A stretch of 44,333 nucleotides of DNA from NCBI RefSeq assembly GCF_004010195.1, contig NW_025214472.1, positions 1 to 44,333 on the forward strand, written 5' to 3'. This document shows positions 10,849 through 23,699 of the stretch, in pieces. The notes under the pieces are model-generated. The model was not told where the DNA came from. It saw nothing but the letters and a program-made list of their open reading frames with translations, and made no database searches. The position numbers were made by a program, and so were the translations under genes. How positions within the stretch are numbered: the first letter of the stretch is position 1; every line of letters starts with the position of its first letter. The DNA is from Chiloscyllium plagiosum (lineage: Eukaryota).

Positions 10849-11597
10849 GTCCTTACCTGGTCTGGCTTATATGTGAACACAGACCCACAGCAATGAGGTG
10901 GACTCTGAATTGGCCTAGCAAGCCACGCAGTTGTATCAAAACCCTCAAAAAAATAAAATCGGACAGACCATCTGACCTCAATGTAGGGATTGGAAACAAC
11001 AATGGAAAATTCAGTCATGGTGACTCTACAATTTCGTCTTTGCTAACGTCTGGAAGCTCGTACCAAGATTGGGAAAACTGCCTCACAGACTAATCAAGCA
11101 AAAGCGTGACATGGCCCTACTTATGAAATTATACCCTATGATCCTAGAAACCGCCATCATCATTCCCCTTAGATGGGAGATTCAAATGGGATTGCTATCC
11201 CTTTGGCAGTACATATCCAGTAATGCTGATGGCACTGTGGTAAGTAGGGAGTTGCCCTGTAGTCCTCAACATTGATTTGGGCCCAATGAAGTTTCATGGC
11301 ATCAAGTCAAACGTAAGGAAGGAAATTTCCTGCTCACTATCACTGACCAATGATTCAGCACTCTTCCAGGTTGAGCACTATCATTTAGAAGTTCAAAGAC
11401 AGCAGAAGTATATCTATCACTGCTCCTTCAGTGTCGCTGGGTTAAAATCCTTGAGCTCCCTCGCTCAGGCATTGTGGGGGTACCTAACAAAATGTACAGC
11501 AGAGGTTCAAGATGGCAGCTCACCACATTATAAAGCGCTACTTGAGACGGGCAATAAATGCTGTCCAAGCTCATATCCCTCAAATGAATAAGAAATA
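10849..11597 (+). mobile_element. Internally deleted CR1/L2-type LINE (5' UTR + APE start joined to 3' tail)
   Basis: ANVWKLVPRLGKLPHRLIKQKRDMALL is a degenerate APE N-terminus; the 3' tail gggcaataaatgctg...atgaataagaaa follows only ~450 bp later. Confidence 0.75.
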
Positions 11598-11639
11598 AGT
11601 TTTGTGGATTGGCTGGGGAAGATGGGATTGCTGTCTGTT

Positions 11640-11800
11640 GAACATTGAAGAGATTTCATAGATGTGTTTGAAACCATGAGGAGATGGATAGAGTAGCTAG
11701 GGAGAAGTCATTCTCATTGGCAGGAGGATGATGAAGCAGCTGAAATACATTTGAAGTGATGAGCTGAAAACACAGTAAGTGGTTAAGGATCTGGACTGGG
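11640..11800 (+). mobile_element. Old CR1 3' fragment
   Basis: gatttcatagatgtgtttgaaaccatgagg..ggatagagtagctagggagaag resembles DLIEVFKIM.G.DRVD.EKLF. Confidence 0.55.
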
Positions 11801-13585
11801 GCAGAGGCTGAACTGCCTCCTTTTGCATTACAACCAAGATTTTATCAGCTTCTTGTTTTTAGTGTAATTGTGATAAGATCAGCAAGTGTATGAGCCTCTT
11901 TCTGCCACTGAGTAAATAAAGTCATACTTTGTAACAGTAAGATACAGGGCTAAAGTTACACAAACGCTGTTAATAGTTTAGATTAATAATTGCATCTCAT
12001 TTTGAAGGACATGCAACATTCTTGGAAAATATCACGGATATCCCATAATGGAAGGTTTCTACTCTACACACAGGTTCCCCAATGCAAAATTACCATGTTA
12101 TTTTAACAACTTTATCTCGACTATTGTCAACTCAGTTTCCTCATACTGTCTGGCTCAGTAGCTCTTCCAAGTCAGGTCCATTAAGCCAGTCCCATTCAGT
12201 CAGGACTTCAATCCATTCAGTACTCAGTCAGCTGTGTAATTGCAGGCAGTCACAAATTATTTCCATCTGGCTCAGTCTTGGCCAATACCTTGAATATCAA
12301 GCTCAGTGTCACCATCCCATATCAGCCCTAAAGTTATTTAGGAGTGCAGCCTGAGCTTGCCGAAGAATTGCTTTCCACAGCTGAGTTGGTTGAATGGACC
12401 AGTTGGCACTTCTTTAGATTGAGTCCATCTGGTCGGCACTAGAACTTTTAAATGTGTTGCAATAGTTGATAGAAAAACTCGCTACTGTGTTAAGTAGTAA
12501 ATATAATAAATTAAGTTTTCTTTTTACAAACTAATTATTGACACCAAGGCGTGGAATTTTTCTCTCCCTGGTGTGGCATGAGTGATGCCAGAAAGTTGGG
12601 GAAGGACAAAAAAAAAAGGGAGATAAAGCAGAATCTCAACATTGAGGAAAAGTTTAAATAGCAATTTCAGGATCTTGCAATTGAGTGGAAACTACCTAAT
12701 TTCATCTCATCAATGTTACAACTCGCCTTACTTATTTGCCATTTTCAATTCTTCTCTCCTTCTCTGAGAAATTAAATGGTTCCAGATATGCCAACGTGTC
12801 AGCCAGCATGGGCATTTGGTGGCTCCATCATTGATGGTCACTACCTTCCTCCACCCTTCATCTACGAGAGCCATCATCGCCAAACCATCGGGTCTACTTG
12901 TAGATCAACTCAGACACCCCTTCAGGCCTTCAACACTACCTTGGAGTTTAGGCCAACCTGAGACTTGAATTCTTCTCTCCAGATTGATTTGCATGCAGGA
13001 AGACACATGCATTTCATATTCTACAGGATGTTAGGTGTATGGGATCTTCAGTGCTCAGTTTCAGGGTGCCAATATGTCTTTGTGAAAACAGTTCTGAGTG
13101 AGGGTGAAAGGGGACAACAGTCAGTCAGAGGGCTCATTAGATTCTAGACTGAGGGTGATCACCATCAGTCGGGAGTTTGAGCCGACCAGAATCTGGGATC
13201 CATGACTTTGCAGTCTGCGTTTACACCCCAGTCAGTCCTGAAGGTTAAGCGCAGCCATTCCTGGTATTACATTCACGGTACAGGACTGGTCTGGCTTATT
13301 CAGGGCTGTCCTACCAGGTCATTTGGTGGGAAGTGGGTGATGGCCAGTCCTGGGAATGTGCTCAATAATGGTCTGAGGGCTTTTCAGGGGCCATCCATGG
13401 ATCTCTAGATTGCATCTCATTTTGAAGGATATGCAACATGGCTATCTGCAGTGATAGGGGTCAATTATAGATTGAAGGATGGAATATTGCACACAGAGGG
13501 GACTGGGCTTCCAGGAAAGGGGAGTGGAGTCGAGGTTTCACAGGTTATGGCCATTCTGCCCATTATGCTGGGAGGTTTGAGTCCA

Positions 13586-13965
13586 TCAAAGGCCACATCC
13601 ACCCTCGCCAATATATTTAGACGCCTTTTCAAAAAACTCAATTAAATTTGTCAGACAGGATCTCCCTCTAGCAAATCCATGCTGACTATTCCTGATCAAA
13701 CCCTGCATTTCCACGTGTTGATTAATCCTTTCCCTTAGAATCATTTCCAAACTAAGATAAGCCAAAAACTTTTCTAATGAAGGGTCATGAGTCTTTGGAA
13801 CTCTCTTCCTGAAAAAGCAGTGGAAGCAGATTAATTGAATATTTTTATGCAGGAGTTGGATAGATTCGTTGTAAGCAAGGGGATGAAAATTTATCATGGG
13901 GAGGCAGGAATGTGGATTTGATGCTACAATTAGATTTTTGATGAAACAGGCTCAAGAGATGGACA
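13586..13965. mobile_element. CR1 fragments: RT piece on minus (13586-13750) abutting a 3' end on plus (13760-13965)
   Basis: Minus: SQHGFARGRSCLTNLIEFFE. Plus: tggaactctcttcctgaaaaagcagtggaagca (WNSLPEKAVEA). Confidence 0.8.
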
Positions 13966-14149
13966 GCAGTGGTTCTAGTCAGTGATTTGTCATCAATTTG
14001 TGAAAAGCAATTGTGAATGATCAATAAATGGTGACTTTACAGTGGTGCTCATGTGTCATGAATAAAAACTTTAGTACCTCAGCTATCGCCCTCCACCTCT
14101 ATGTTTATATCTCTTTTTGCTCCGTAATCAGACCAACTTATTTGTTACT

Positions 14150-14680
14150 CTTAGAATACTCTATTAAGACTTTTTTTTTAATCCCTTAAATATTAAACTT
14201 GAAATAACAATCTCTTCTCATACTAAATCTTTTTTTCTCATTTGCCTTTTCAATATTCCCCCTTAACTTTCTATATAAGGCCATATTTCCTATTGTATCA
14301 TCTCCCGATGTCTATTATACACTAACATTTTGTTTTGCTTCCTTTTACTCGCCACTCCTTGCATTAACTGAGGGCTTTAATTGTTTTTGATTCTCCTTCC
14401 CCCTTCATGAGAGTGTACTTCGACTTTAGCTGAACCATCTCCTCTTTAAACTGTCCTGTACAGTTTTCCTACCAATTCTTGATTCCAATTTCCTTTGGCT
14501 AGATTTCATTTTCACCCTACTGAAATCTTTCCTCCTCCAATTAAATACTTTTAGCCTGAGTTGTTTCTTGTCCATTCTACACTAACAAACCTTGAGAATG
14601 ATAATCACTATTCCCTAAATGTCTTTTGTGGAGCCATTTCTCTGTTATCCCCACTACATCAAATATATTTGAGGTTTCAT
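14150..14680 (-). mobile_element. Degenerate CR1 APE/linker fragment
   Basis: Minus strand HLGNSDYH motif and a following LNW.KGN-type segment. Confidence 0.5.
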
Positions 14681-14732
14681 AATGCTGGCGGGACAGAATA
14701 TTAAAATTCTTAGATGGGGTGCCAATCTAGGC

Positions 14733-15356
14733 TAAAGTGAGTACTACAGATGCTAGAGATTAGAGTCAAGAGTGTGGTGCTGGAAAGTCACAGCAGGTCA
14801 GACAGCATCCAGGGTGCAGGTGAATCAACGTTGCGGGCAAAAGCCTTTCATCAGGAATGAAGGCTGGGAGCCTCACCGGTGGAGAGATAAATGGGAGGGG
14901 GGGTGTGCTGGGGGAAGGTAGCTGAGAGTGCAATAGGTAGATGGAGATAGGGGTAATGGTGATATGTTGGAGAGAAGGGTGGAGCGGATAGTTGGGAAGG
15001 AAGATGGACAGGTGGGACAGGTCATGAGAGCATTGCTGAGTTGGAAGGTTGGAACTGGTATAAGGTGGGGGGAGGGGAAATGAGAAAACTGGTGAAATCC
15101 ACATTGATGCCATGGGGTTGGAGTGTCCCGAGGCGGGTGATGATGAGGTGTTCTTCCTCCAGGCATTAGGTGGTTAGGGAGTGGCGATGGAGGAGGGCCA
15201 GGACCTGCATGTCCTTGAGGAATTGAAGTGTTTGGCTACGGGGCAATGGGGTTGGTTGGTGCAGGTGTCCTGGAGATGTTCCCTGAAGCACTCTGTGAGT
15301 AGGCGTCCTGTCTCCCCAATGTAGAGGAGTCCGCATCGGGAGCAATGGATACAGTC
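14733..15356 (-). mobile_element. Penelope-like element 3' part (GIY-YIG + terminal repeat with mutated hammerhead core)
   Basis: Minus: CIHCSRCGLLYIGETGRLLTECFREHL; ctgatgaaaggcttttgcccgcaacgtt near 14850. Confidence 0.88.
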
Positions 15357-16075
15357 AAATCAGCTGCTTTATCCTGGATGAAGTTTCATTTCTTGAGCAT
15401 TGTTGGAGCTCTTGATTTGTACCTTGTAGATGTTAGACAGGCACTGAGGAGATAGGAGATGAATTACTTGCTACAGAATTCCCATCATTTGACCTAATTA
15501 CATGGTTGGTCCAGTTAAGTTTGTGGTCAATGGTAAGCCCCAGGATGTCACTGGTGAGAGTTTCAATTATACGATGTCATTGAATATCAAGGGGTGATAG
15601 TTGGAGATGGTCATTGCTTGACTGTGATGAGCCAAAAGTTACTTTGCATGTATTAGCCCAAGCCTGAATGTTGTCCAGGTTTTGCTACATTATATATGAA
15701 TTGTCTTTGTGTTTGAGGAGTCACAAATGGTGCTGAACATTGTGCAATCATTAGCAAGCATCCCCACTTCTGATCCTAAGATGGAGGGAAGGTCATTGAT
15801 GAAACAGGTGAAGATGGTTGGACATAGGACACCATGCTGAGAAACTCCTGCAGAGATGTCCAAGAGCTGACCTAACACCCAACAAACACAATCATCTTCC
15901 TTTGGCTTTGGTATGCAGTAAGAAAGTGAGACTTGGTCTCCACAAGGACTGTGCTATTAATACAGTGCTATTAATAGGTGAGTCCTATTAATACAGTCAT
16001 AGACAGATGCAGCTGTTGTAGGTTGGTGAGGTTGAGATCACATAATTATTTCCCTCTTCTTGGTGATGGTGGTAG
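15357..16075 (-). mobile_element. CR1/L2-type LINE RT fragment
   Basis: ORF 15690-15878: AGVSQHGVLCPTIFTCFINDLPS..VGMLANDCTMF (degenerate GVPQGSVLGP / FADD). Confidence 0.8.
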
Positions 16076-16104
16076 TTGCAATATTGCCTTTGCTTTGATT
16101 CTTT

Positions 16105-16575
16105 TACGGCTTGTGAGCAATACTGGCTGAACTACTATTTATTGGTCATTTCTAGATGCCCTTTAGAAGGTGGTGGTAAGCTGCCCTTGAACTGCCGCAT
16201 TTCATGTACATTGACCCACAGTGCTGTTGGGGAAGGAGTTCCAGGATTTTGATGCAATGACATTGAAGGAACAGCAATATGTTTCCAAATCAAGATGATG
16301 AGCAACTTAAGGGAAGCTTACTGTTGACCGTGTTCCTATGTATCTGCTGCCCTTGTCTTTCTTGATGGTAGTGGTCGTAGGTTTGGAAAAAGCTGTCTGA
16401 ATTTCTGCAGTGCATCTTATAGATAGTACACATTGCTGCTACTAAGCACTGATAGTGGAGGGATTGGACGTGGTGCCAATCAAACTGGATGCTTTGTCTT
16501 GGCTGGTGTCAAGTTTCTTGCATGTTGTTGGAACTGCACCCATCCAGGCAAGTGGGGAGCATTCCATCAGACTAA
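16105..16575 (-). mobile_element. CR1/L2-type LINE 3' end
   Basis: LMECSPLAWMGAVPTTCKKLDTSQDKASSLIG plus the family 3' tail. Confidence 0.8.
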
Positions 16576-16581
16576 CCAGAA

Positions 16582-16712
16582 AAAAAAACAAAGAACTATG
16601 GATGCAGGAACTAAGAAACAAAATCAGAAATTGTTGGAAAAACTCAGCAGATCTGGCAGCACCTGTGGAGAGGTAATGTTTCAGGTCCAATGACCCTTCT
16701 TCAGAACTGCAG
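16582..16712 (-). mobile_element. Short Penelope-type terminal-repeat fragment with hammerhead core
   Basis: Minus 16704-16675: CTGAAGA AGGGTC ATTG GACCT GAAACATT. Confidence 0.75.
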
Positions 16713-19700
16713 CTTCATTTAATAATACAAAAGTAAGGATAAATTTAGTACTTAAATTATAAACAAGAGATTAGCAGAAAGTAGAAATTCTTCGCCTTTA
16801 CTGGAAAATTGGCTCCTCTCCTGTGCTTACAGATTCTTTCTTTCCCTGTGCTAGTTTACAAGTTCATGCTCTTCAAAATTATTGCAGTTGAAACACAATC
16901 CGTTACTGCTCACAACCCAATCAACTCACGACTTTGCTCTGATGTTATTATTATTCCTCTGATACCTCTTTCTCTTGCATTGTTTTCTCTAACATCCATT
17001 CTTTATTTCTTGTGTGCATTTAGGAGCTGGTCACTATCTCTGTGTTCTCCTCTTGCCCACTCATTTACATGCTGATGACTGCCTCTGGGTCCACTCTCTC
17101 CCACATTGCATTCAAAATGAAGCCTACATTGTTGTGGACAACATGGACAATTTTGAATAAACAATTCACTTCCTTTTCTACAATTTCCAAACATAAAATA
17201 TTGAAACTTCAGTCTTATTGAATTTTTCTGTCCATAACCATAGTTTAAACTAAGCATCTTCCTAACTTATTATGGCCTCAAAAGTATTTACAACTACCCT
17301 TTTCTGTTCAACTCTGTTTGTTTTAGTTTTTGAATTGCCCTTTTGTAGCCTTAGTTCGACTTTGTGGCATTTCCAATACTGTGACCTCAATATAAATTAC
17401 TCTGTGACCCTCAATTTCCCTGCTGCAGCTGTGCTTTGTGGTACCTACTTGCTATGACAGCAATGCTTATTGTGAGCTATGAGTAGCTGTTTTCTTACTT
17501 CTAGATTTCTCAGCTTGTCTTTTACCATTAATTTAAAATTCATCCCTTTATCCAACAGGAATTTTAAAAATACTTATGGAGCTTCAGTACATTTGCTTTC
17601 TCGCCAAACCTCTAACCAGGAATAATCCCACAGATCCTCACTCTCTGATTTAATCTGTACTGTCAGGTGTGGCTGGTCTGCAGGCTTTTTTTTTTATCCC
17701 ACAATGTTTCTACTGAGTTTCTTAGCAGGTCTGAAGTAAAGACTTTAGCCTAAGCACTAATTCTTACTTTCTGTATGAGCAACTCTTACAGTGATAAAGT
17801 CTTTAAAGCTGTAAAAACACTTGGTCTCTGGAAATTTCTTCCCATGGATTTTTTCATTATTGCATTGTGTGGTAAAAAGCAATGACCCACCGCTGATCAT
17901 CATTGTATTTGTGGGTAAAAATACGTCACCATTTCTGTTCCTCCACTGGGACTAAGGGCCTATTTGGTTTTTAGTGATGGAGACTCTGAACAAGAATCGG
18001 CTCTTATTTAAACAAGACGTAGGTTATTGCAGGGTAGTAATTAGTATGAGCCAGTTAAACATTGTTGCTAATACTTTTGGAAGACATAGATAACACCTCT
18101 GTTAATTTACCCAACGTGTTGATATGGCTGATGTAGTTCAGCTTCTGGTACATGATCAACTTTAATTTGTGACCCCTGGTAGCCAAGTAAGAGCTGATCA
18201 GAATCATTGGCTGATTAAGAAATACATCGATAAACTTCTACAATAACTGCACAGAAAGAAAAATCTGCAGCAAAAAGATAAAAATAACTTGGTCATTAAG
18301 GTTTAGAATGACTATTAATATTAAAAGTGGACATTGTTATTGTTCTGTCCAAGAATGATTTTCCTCATTTAAAATTGATATTTTAGATGGGTAATTGAGG
18401 GAGAAAAGGAAACGTTAAGTTCATTACAAGCTTTTATGACTTTATAAGGTTGCTTTTTATTACTTTTAGAGGAAATTGAACTATATGAACCATTGCATTA
18501 GTTGCTGTACCACATGCAAAACATCTTCAGGATCAGCCATGATCTAACTGAATGACAAAACCACATTGAAGGTATTAAATGGCCTGCATCTGATCTTGTG
18601 AAGTTAAGGTTGGGTTAACTGAAGGACAAAATAAAGTAAAAAGCAAAATGAGCTATTTTTAAAGTATCTTTTGTCCAAACAATCATTCATGTAAGTAGTG
18701 GAGATTTGTACACTGATGCCTAGCTACAAAATAACAGAGGCAACCATCAAGCAGAATTTCAGCAGATGATCTTCCCTGTATATAAAGACACTTTCCAACA
18801 ATAATTGCATTAAGAGAACTTTAATTTGTTAAATTCAGCTGTGTAGAGATGAGGGGTCAACCTAATAAGAATGGGTTAGCTTTTTGATACTATAATAAGG
18901 AGGGAATTATATTATTGTTCTGAACAAGAATGGTTTTCACTGAGTAATACCACATTTTAGATGAATGATAGAGGATAATAAAGATTAATTGTGTATACAC
19001 TGAATAAGCAAATGCTGTGAAGTCGACAAAGCACTATAAACCAAAACAAGGCTTTCATTGCACAAGTTACATATTTTGTTTCAGATTTTCTTTTAATGAG
19101 CTAAAATCCCCAGACACTATTTTTAAAGCCATTGCAGCCATGGAAAAAGACAGCTTTTTGAATCTGGTACCCAAGTGACACAAATGATTAATGGGATAAT
19201 CTTGTAGATTACAATGGTCCAAGGCAGTGAACTGCCATTTTGTAATCTCCGCGGGCTAGTATTTCTTAGATACAATACAACAGCTGCAGATCCAATAATA
19301 CCATTACTCTGTTCACTGCATCCGTCGCAGTGTTCATGTGTGTAGCATGTATTAATTCCTCAATGATACATTTAATTGGCTTTGCTACCCATACCATACG
19401 AATATTTTTCATCTAACATTAAAGTCTCCCAAGATTTCATGAGGCCTTGGTTACTAAGGAGTTTTTCTATAAAACAGTGCAGCTAATAATCTCTGTGTTT
19501 TGTCCATAATAAACACTATGACTCAGCCTGTAAATTAACATAAGAAGGTAAAGGGTCACATAGAAATACATATGCTACAATCAGAATGATAGATGTAAAC
19601 CTGTGAAAGTATACTGTTAGCTCTCCATGTACAGCATTTAATTTCCTGTTCAGTTAAACCCGCCCCATTTTAGGTTGCATCAGAGTCATTTTGTTTTTAA

Positions 19701-20879
19701 TGCAAACAAATAATGTGAAAATTCATACATTTGAAAGAACTCGCCCAGCAACTAAATGATGTAGGTGATGAGAAATTTGAGAAGTTATGGTGGGAATGAT
19801 AAAATCATTTTCTCAATGTTGAGAGAAGAAAGTCTGATTTTTCCTCACGAGGTTTCAAAAGTTGGATGAGAAACTTACAAGTAAGTGGTTGTGCTCTTAT
19901 CTCTATGCATTTGCATCTTGTCGCTAGCTAATTTCACCACATTCAGATGCAGGTTGCTGTTCTCCCGTTTATCAATGAGAAACTAGACAGTGTTAATCCC
20001 TGACTTGAAATTCAGAGAGGTTACCTGGCAACTACATCTTGCCAACATTGTTTGTGGGTCTCCAGGCTGATCATCATTCTCCAACATCCCATTCCATGCT
20101 CCATGGGCAGTAACTGCCTCCATCCTTCATCCTTGGAAGTCAGCATCAGCAAAGCACCAGTCTCACCATATTATAATGGTTGATCTTGGACCATCTTAAA
20201 ATGCAGTTCAGCACTTCACCAGTGTACTTTGGAGTTCACAGACATATGGCATTGCAATGCTGTTGCAAGGTCTCATTGCCCTCAGTGACAAGCTTCAATC
20301 TCATATATTGGTACAAGATGCATCTCAAAGCTCTTAGCTTGTCTTTCTTAGCATTCATTCACTTTGTGCTTACTTGATCAATGAGAGGAAATCTGCCGTG
20401 CCTTTTGGCACAAATAGAAAGCCAGGCAGCTTGTCATGATTGCCAGCAATAAACAGTCAAGAGGGCAGAAATATTGCTGTACATCACTGTGCTGCATCAA
20501 AAGCAGCATGCGCTAACGACTTTGTGGTAAATGCATTGCATGGGCTTCAACTAAATGGCCATGTTTGAAAGTCCAAGGGAGTAGTCGGGTCAAAGGGATC
20601 TGTTGTCAGTCAGGGCTGCTGTCATTGCCAGTCAAGGATATTGAATCTCTGTCCAGAGATTGGCCATGGTGAGTTAGCTATTTGGTGTAATCAGGAGCCA
20701 GGTCTTTCCTATGCAAGGATTGAGGCATAGTCAATGCTGCATGATAGATCCAATGAGTCCAAGGATTACCAGTAAATCAGTCAGGGAGCTGTACACAAAT
20801 CAATCATGGAGCTTGAACTTTCCTCCATCAGGGCTGTCCTCTCAAATTAGTCCAAGGGGTAAGCCCTGGGGGTTTTGGA

Positions 20880-21110
20880 CAGTAAACTTCTTGGAGGGGT
20901 GAGTAGGTGGTAGCGCAGTGAGTGTGGAGGGCAGAGTTAGAATGGGTGTGAGGTAGCAGAGAGAAGATGGTGGCACCTATTCTTGCAGAGCACAGAATCT
21001 CACTTATCTTCTTAAGGCACAACTGGGCATTCTTCTCATGGTGGAAATGGTGTTGACCTGGGTGACTATCTCTGAGCAGGCTGGCAGCATTCTTTGGCAA
21101 TTCTGAGGTA
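20880..21110 (-). mobile_element. Harbinger-type Myb/SANT-like exon remnant, probably within a larger decayed element (~19740-21620)
   Basis: SEIVTQVNTIST.. / NAQLCLKKISEILCSAR; homologous to 200-370. Confidence 0.55.
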
Positions 21111-21268
21111 AGAGTAAGGTCTTGCTGTTAATCATTTATCCAACAGGATCTCCAGGTCCCAGTCGATGAGCCAGCGTGCCAATTTCCCTATTTTTCTGCC
21201 ATTTTCTTTCAGATTCTAGATGAGGATTACACCCAGAATGGTCAATCCTGCCTTGCAGCATTTGGTAT

Positions 21269-21462
21269 GAGTCAAAGACTGCGGTGCTGGAAAAGCACAG
21301 CGGGTCAGGCAGCATCTGAGAAGCAGGAGAATCAATGTTTTGAGCATATGGCCTTCATCAGGAAGGGATTCTCCTGCTCCTCAGATGCTGCCTGACCGGC
21401 TGTTCTTTTCCAGCACTGCATCCTTCAAATCTGATGTTCAGCATCTGTAGTCATCACTTTCT
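21269..21462. mobile_element. Palindromic non-coding Penelope-terminal-repeat element
   Basis: gtgctggaaaagcacagcgggtcaggcagcatctgagaagcaggagaatc (~21285-21333) inverted against gattctcctgctcctcagatgctgcctgaccggctgttcttttccagcac (~21367-21416); degenerate CTGATGA core in the centre. Confidence 0.8.
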
Positions 21463-23534
21463 TCTGGCACTTAATATGAAGCTGGGGTCAAAATATGGTG
21501 CCAGTGACATGAATAGCACATGATCCCAGTATCAACGAGCATTTCCACCTCGGCTGACCACATGATTAAATGAGAAGAGTGCCAAGGAGGCGAATGTATA
21601 AGCAATAGAGAATGTTCTTATGTTGTTAAAGGCCAGCACAGTCATTCTTCCTGTGATATGTGGCAAAGACCAGAGTGAACTTCCATAGACATGATGGGCT
21701 GAATGGCTTCTTTATGTACCAGAATGATCCTTTGATACTCCACCCTCCAGTTGCTTTTGGTGTCACTTAAGTTGCTTTAAAACAGACATAAAAATGATAT
21801 CATGATGACGTTACTAGTGACAGTCAAGGCATTTACTGTGCTGGCAGCATGACTGGAAAAGATTTATTTTCAACATTAGACATAAAAGGAGCTATTTTAG
21901 ATTATTTTTAAAGAAAATACAATTGCCATCAGTTATAATACACTGGCATTTGGGGCCTCAAAATATACAACATGATTTCTGTTACCTCCACTGCAGCTTC
22001 TATGTACAGTCCAATTTCTTCATGATCACCTTTTGCACTACTATTGGGCATTCCATACAAAGGGTCTTTGCCTATTCAGTCTCATTCATTCAGACATAAT
22101 GACGGCTGCTGGAATTGCTCTTCAAACCATTTCCATTCCACAAGAGGAAAGAGAAGGAAGGCCCAATTTGTAAAGCAGGAAAGGTTCTGTGCCTGTGCTG
22201 CAGTGGATATCTGTTCAATAAAGCAGGAAAAGCAAAAAACTTCTCTTTTGTGTAAAGTGAACATTGATTAAATGAGACCAATGGGATTAGACCTCTTCTG
22301 ACTGCTGGCATCAACGTTGTAGAAATAACAAGAAGATTTCCTCTGATCACAATGTCTTGAAAAATTATGGACAAAGTTTCCTGCTTTGCATCTGATATTG
22401 TTGATAAAGCATAGCAAGGGTGAACTTATCCAAGGCAGTTATACTATATCTGATGTTCTGGCTTTGATTTATTAAGGAGAATCATTTCACTGTTAATTGG
22501 CATGATGCTTGGATGAAGCCTCATTCTCGCGATGCCAAAACCTTCGATTGGGAATTTCCTAGGAGCTGCTGGCTTTCCATCACTTTGGGAAATGTTTAGG
22601 ATGATAAAGGTGATGGATAAATGCAAGTTGTTGTTGTGTTATTGTAAATTTCTACTATAGTCTCAACAAAGTGACAGTTGTAGAGTGGAAGCAATTCCAG
22701 CCATAACAATCTTTTTAAAAGACATTCCATTGAACTTGCATCTCACTTACATAAAACAAAACAGATAATCAGGCATCAATATAATTTCCCTTTAACTTAA
22801 CTTGAAAGACAAATCTCTTAAGAAACAAGAGTCTGATTACACTAGTATCATTATATTATCCTACATATACCAATCCGTGAAGAACCGAATCTTCCTCTTT
22901 ACTTGAACTGGTCTAAAAATAATACCAGTTTGATTAAGTAGATTGATAAATGATTTGAATGAATGATTTATTATCACTTGCATTTTATAGTGAATAATAC
23001 AGTAACATACAGAGAAAAGCTTCAACAGTCTGGCACCATTTTGATAAGATCCAGTGAGTTAAAAAAATTGAAAGGAAATATTTCATACTTAAGACTGATG
23101 TTGATTAATATCAATCCTGAGAATGCACAGCTTGACCATGAAATTGAGGACGGTCATGCCAGTTGTGAAGACCTAAAATGGTACCGGCACTACTTGGCAC
23201 TACCACAGACGTAGCCCACGCAGTACCCAAAAGCTACTGGTTTGGCCATGCCACGTATGCACTGGCAATGTTTGTGAAAATCCTAACATGACATCAGGCG
23301 GTTGTTCTCATTGATCTGATATTTGTTCCACTAACTAAACCTGTGTTTGTGCACTGGAAACACTTTGAGCTCAACAGCCAGTACCAAGCTTGAGGGACCT
23401 CCTGCCTCTTTGAGTCATTATTTGAAGCATCAGCCACTGTTGCAGATGAAATGATGCTGACTTATTTTTTCTTAGGTATAGTTGAAGGGCGCACTCTAGA
23501 TTATGGCTGGAGATATTTTGAATAGCTGCTGCAT

Positions 23535-23695
23535 ATAGTGAGAGAAGCAATAGGATTTGGTGACACATTTCTCTCTCAAGCCTGCTATACCATTCATTAA
23601 GATCATTACTGATCCAATTGTGCTCTCGACTCCAATTTCCTGCCTGAATCTCATAACCCTTGGTTTCCTTCTGCATTGAAATTTATCTAACTCAG
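23535..23695 (-). mobile_element. CR1 3' UTR fragment
   Basis: caagcctgctataccattcattaagatcat..ctgatc, similar to 770-805. Confidence 0.65.
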
Positions 23696-23699
23696 CAAA

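Noticed and set aside
12545..13580. Possible Harbinger transposase remnant (GSIIDGHY resembling GAIDGTH)
   Set aside because: Too degenerate to support by eye; left unannotated.
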